The notes beneath the pieces are model-generated. The model saw only the letters and a program-made list of their open reading frames with translations, made no database searches and had not been told where the DNA came from. Positions 62,906-64,000 of a stretch of 64,000 nucleotides of DNA are shown in pieces. Location: NCBI GenBank assembly GCA_002633005.1, contig NMRA01000054.1, positions 990,084 through 1,054,083 on the forward strand, in the 5' to 3' direction. The stretch comes from Phoronis australis (lineage: Eukaryota > Animalia > Phoronida). Position 1 is the first letter of the stretch; every line of letters begins with the position of its first letter. The position numbers and the translations under genes were made by a program.

Positions 62906-64000
62906 TAAAAAAATCACTAGGCCTGTCGTTCAGCATTTTGGTGAAAAATCTAGCGTGCGCGTGAATGGGCGTGCAACCACTGAGGAAGGGGAGGTGATCT
63001 GAGTTGATTGGCAATTAGACTACCAGCGGAAAGGTGTCACCTGGGGGAGGGGTGAGGATTTCACAGCCACCGGCAAGAGGAGGGGGTGCCAAAGGAGGTG
63101 TCAACCAAGGAGGGCAAGCATACAACTTTTATGTGCTTGGGCGACGCAGCACTGAAAACAGTGGGGGCTAAAGCCCCCTAAGCCCCCTGTGGTGCATCGC
63201 CTATAGAACATGTGCGGCGTAGCACTGAAAAAAGTGCGGGGGGTTGTAGCCCCGCATCCCCCTATGGTTCGCCGCCCATGATGTGACGAACAAAACTTGA
63301 TTAAAAAGTTTACACAGGCTCAGCGTTATGCTCATGGAGACTTATAAGAGTATGAGCTGTGATACAGTTCTCGCTGCGCTTTTTGAATTCGAGAAACTTC
63401 TATAAGTAGTTTCAAGTTGTTCTCTAAAAGAATATTTGATGCAGAGTTATACTTTGATGTGGGTTTCACTGTGAGCTGAGTAAAATATTAAAGTTCGTAT
63501 CGTATAAATTCTATTTATTAATTTGAACCATTTTGACACGACGTTTACCACCAAAATAACGAATTTCATTATCATATACCAGTTTAGTTCAAGTAACCAG
63601 ACTGTCCAAGTCTTCTAAGGAGATCTCTTGCATTTTGACACCACTGGTATTCAATATGCCGGCGGCAGCAGGTCTGATCAGTGCGCAAGCAAAGAAATAA
63701 TATGTTTGTGAGAGGCGAGATGTCCGGTGCAGGATTGAGCGGCCCGCAATGAGTTTTGTGGACCCTGAAAGGGTGCGCTTTCAGGAAACACTTTGTGATT
63801 GAGCGAAGTGGCACAAGAGTAGGGAACTTTGTGCGAGGGTCTAGGATATATGGCGCTTGCGGGCGATGAATAATATTAGACGCAGGATTGGTCTCATTTA
63901 GAGTAATGACTGTAAGGAATATCTTCGTGAGCTTGAAAAATGTCTGGGACCTCGAAACATGTTGGTGAATACGCATTTGTCCCAATAAATGTCATTTACG

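Noticed and set aside
63584-63985. 133 aa minus-strand ORF with faint CUB-like spacing (HCGP..P.I....N.L.L..RTD); + strand fragments faintly like a C-type lectin end
   Set aside because: No ATG start, an in-frame stop just upstream, no convincing splice sites, and similarity too weak to support.

Overview
Eukaryotic, intron-rich, AT-rich genomic DNA from an invertebrate metazoan (a deuterostome such as a hemichordate is my inference only). Four complete multi-exon genes can be assembled by hand with canonical GT-AG sites and continuous reading frame: small acidic protein SMAP/C11orf58 (-, 3426-8341), meiotic ZMM factor SPO16/SCRE/C1orf146 (+, 12023-15011, head-to-head with SMAP), EF-hand protein swiprosin/EFHD (+, 17809-30821) and mitochondrial pyrimidine-nucleotide carrier SLC25A36/33 (-, 36735-52466). 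There is also the last exon of an unidentified gene (323-478) and a probable signal-peptide exon (56866-56923). Introns and intergenic DNA hold many MITEs, Penelope-like remnants with minimal hammerhead motifs, Helitron/Helentron-like pieces, minisatellites, and a probable haplotype duplication at an N. I found no convincing new multi-gene system. The best leads are an SPO16 with an apparently intact ERCC1-like (HhH)2 tail, a duplicated 3' splice site creating a potential poison acceptor in SLC25A36, hammerhead motifs, and inverted repeats bracketing exons. Protein identities rest on recalled family motifs, not database searches.
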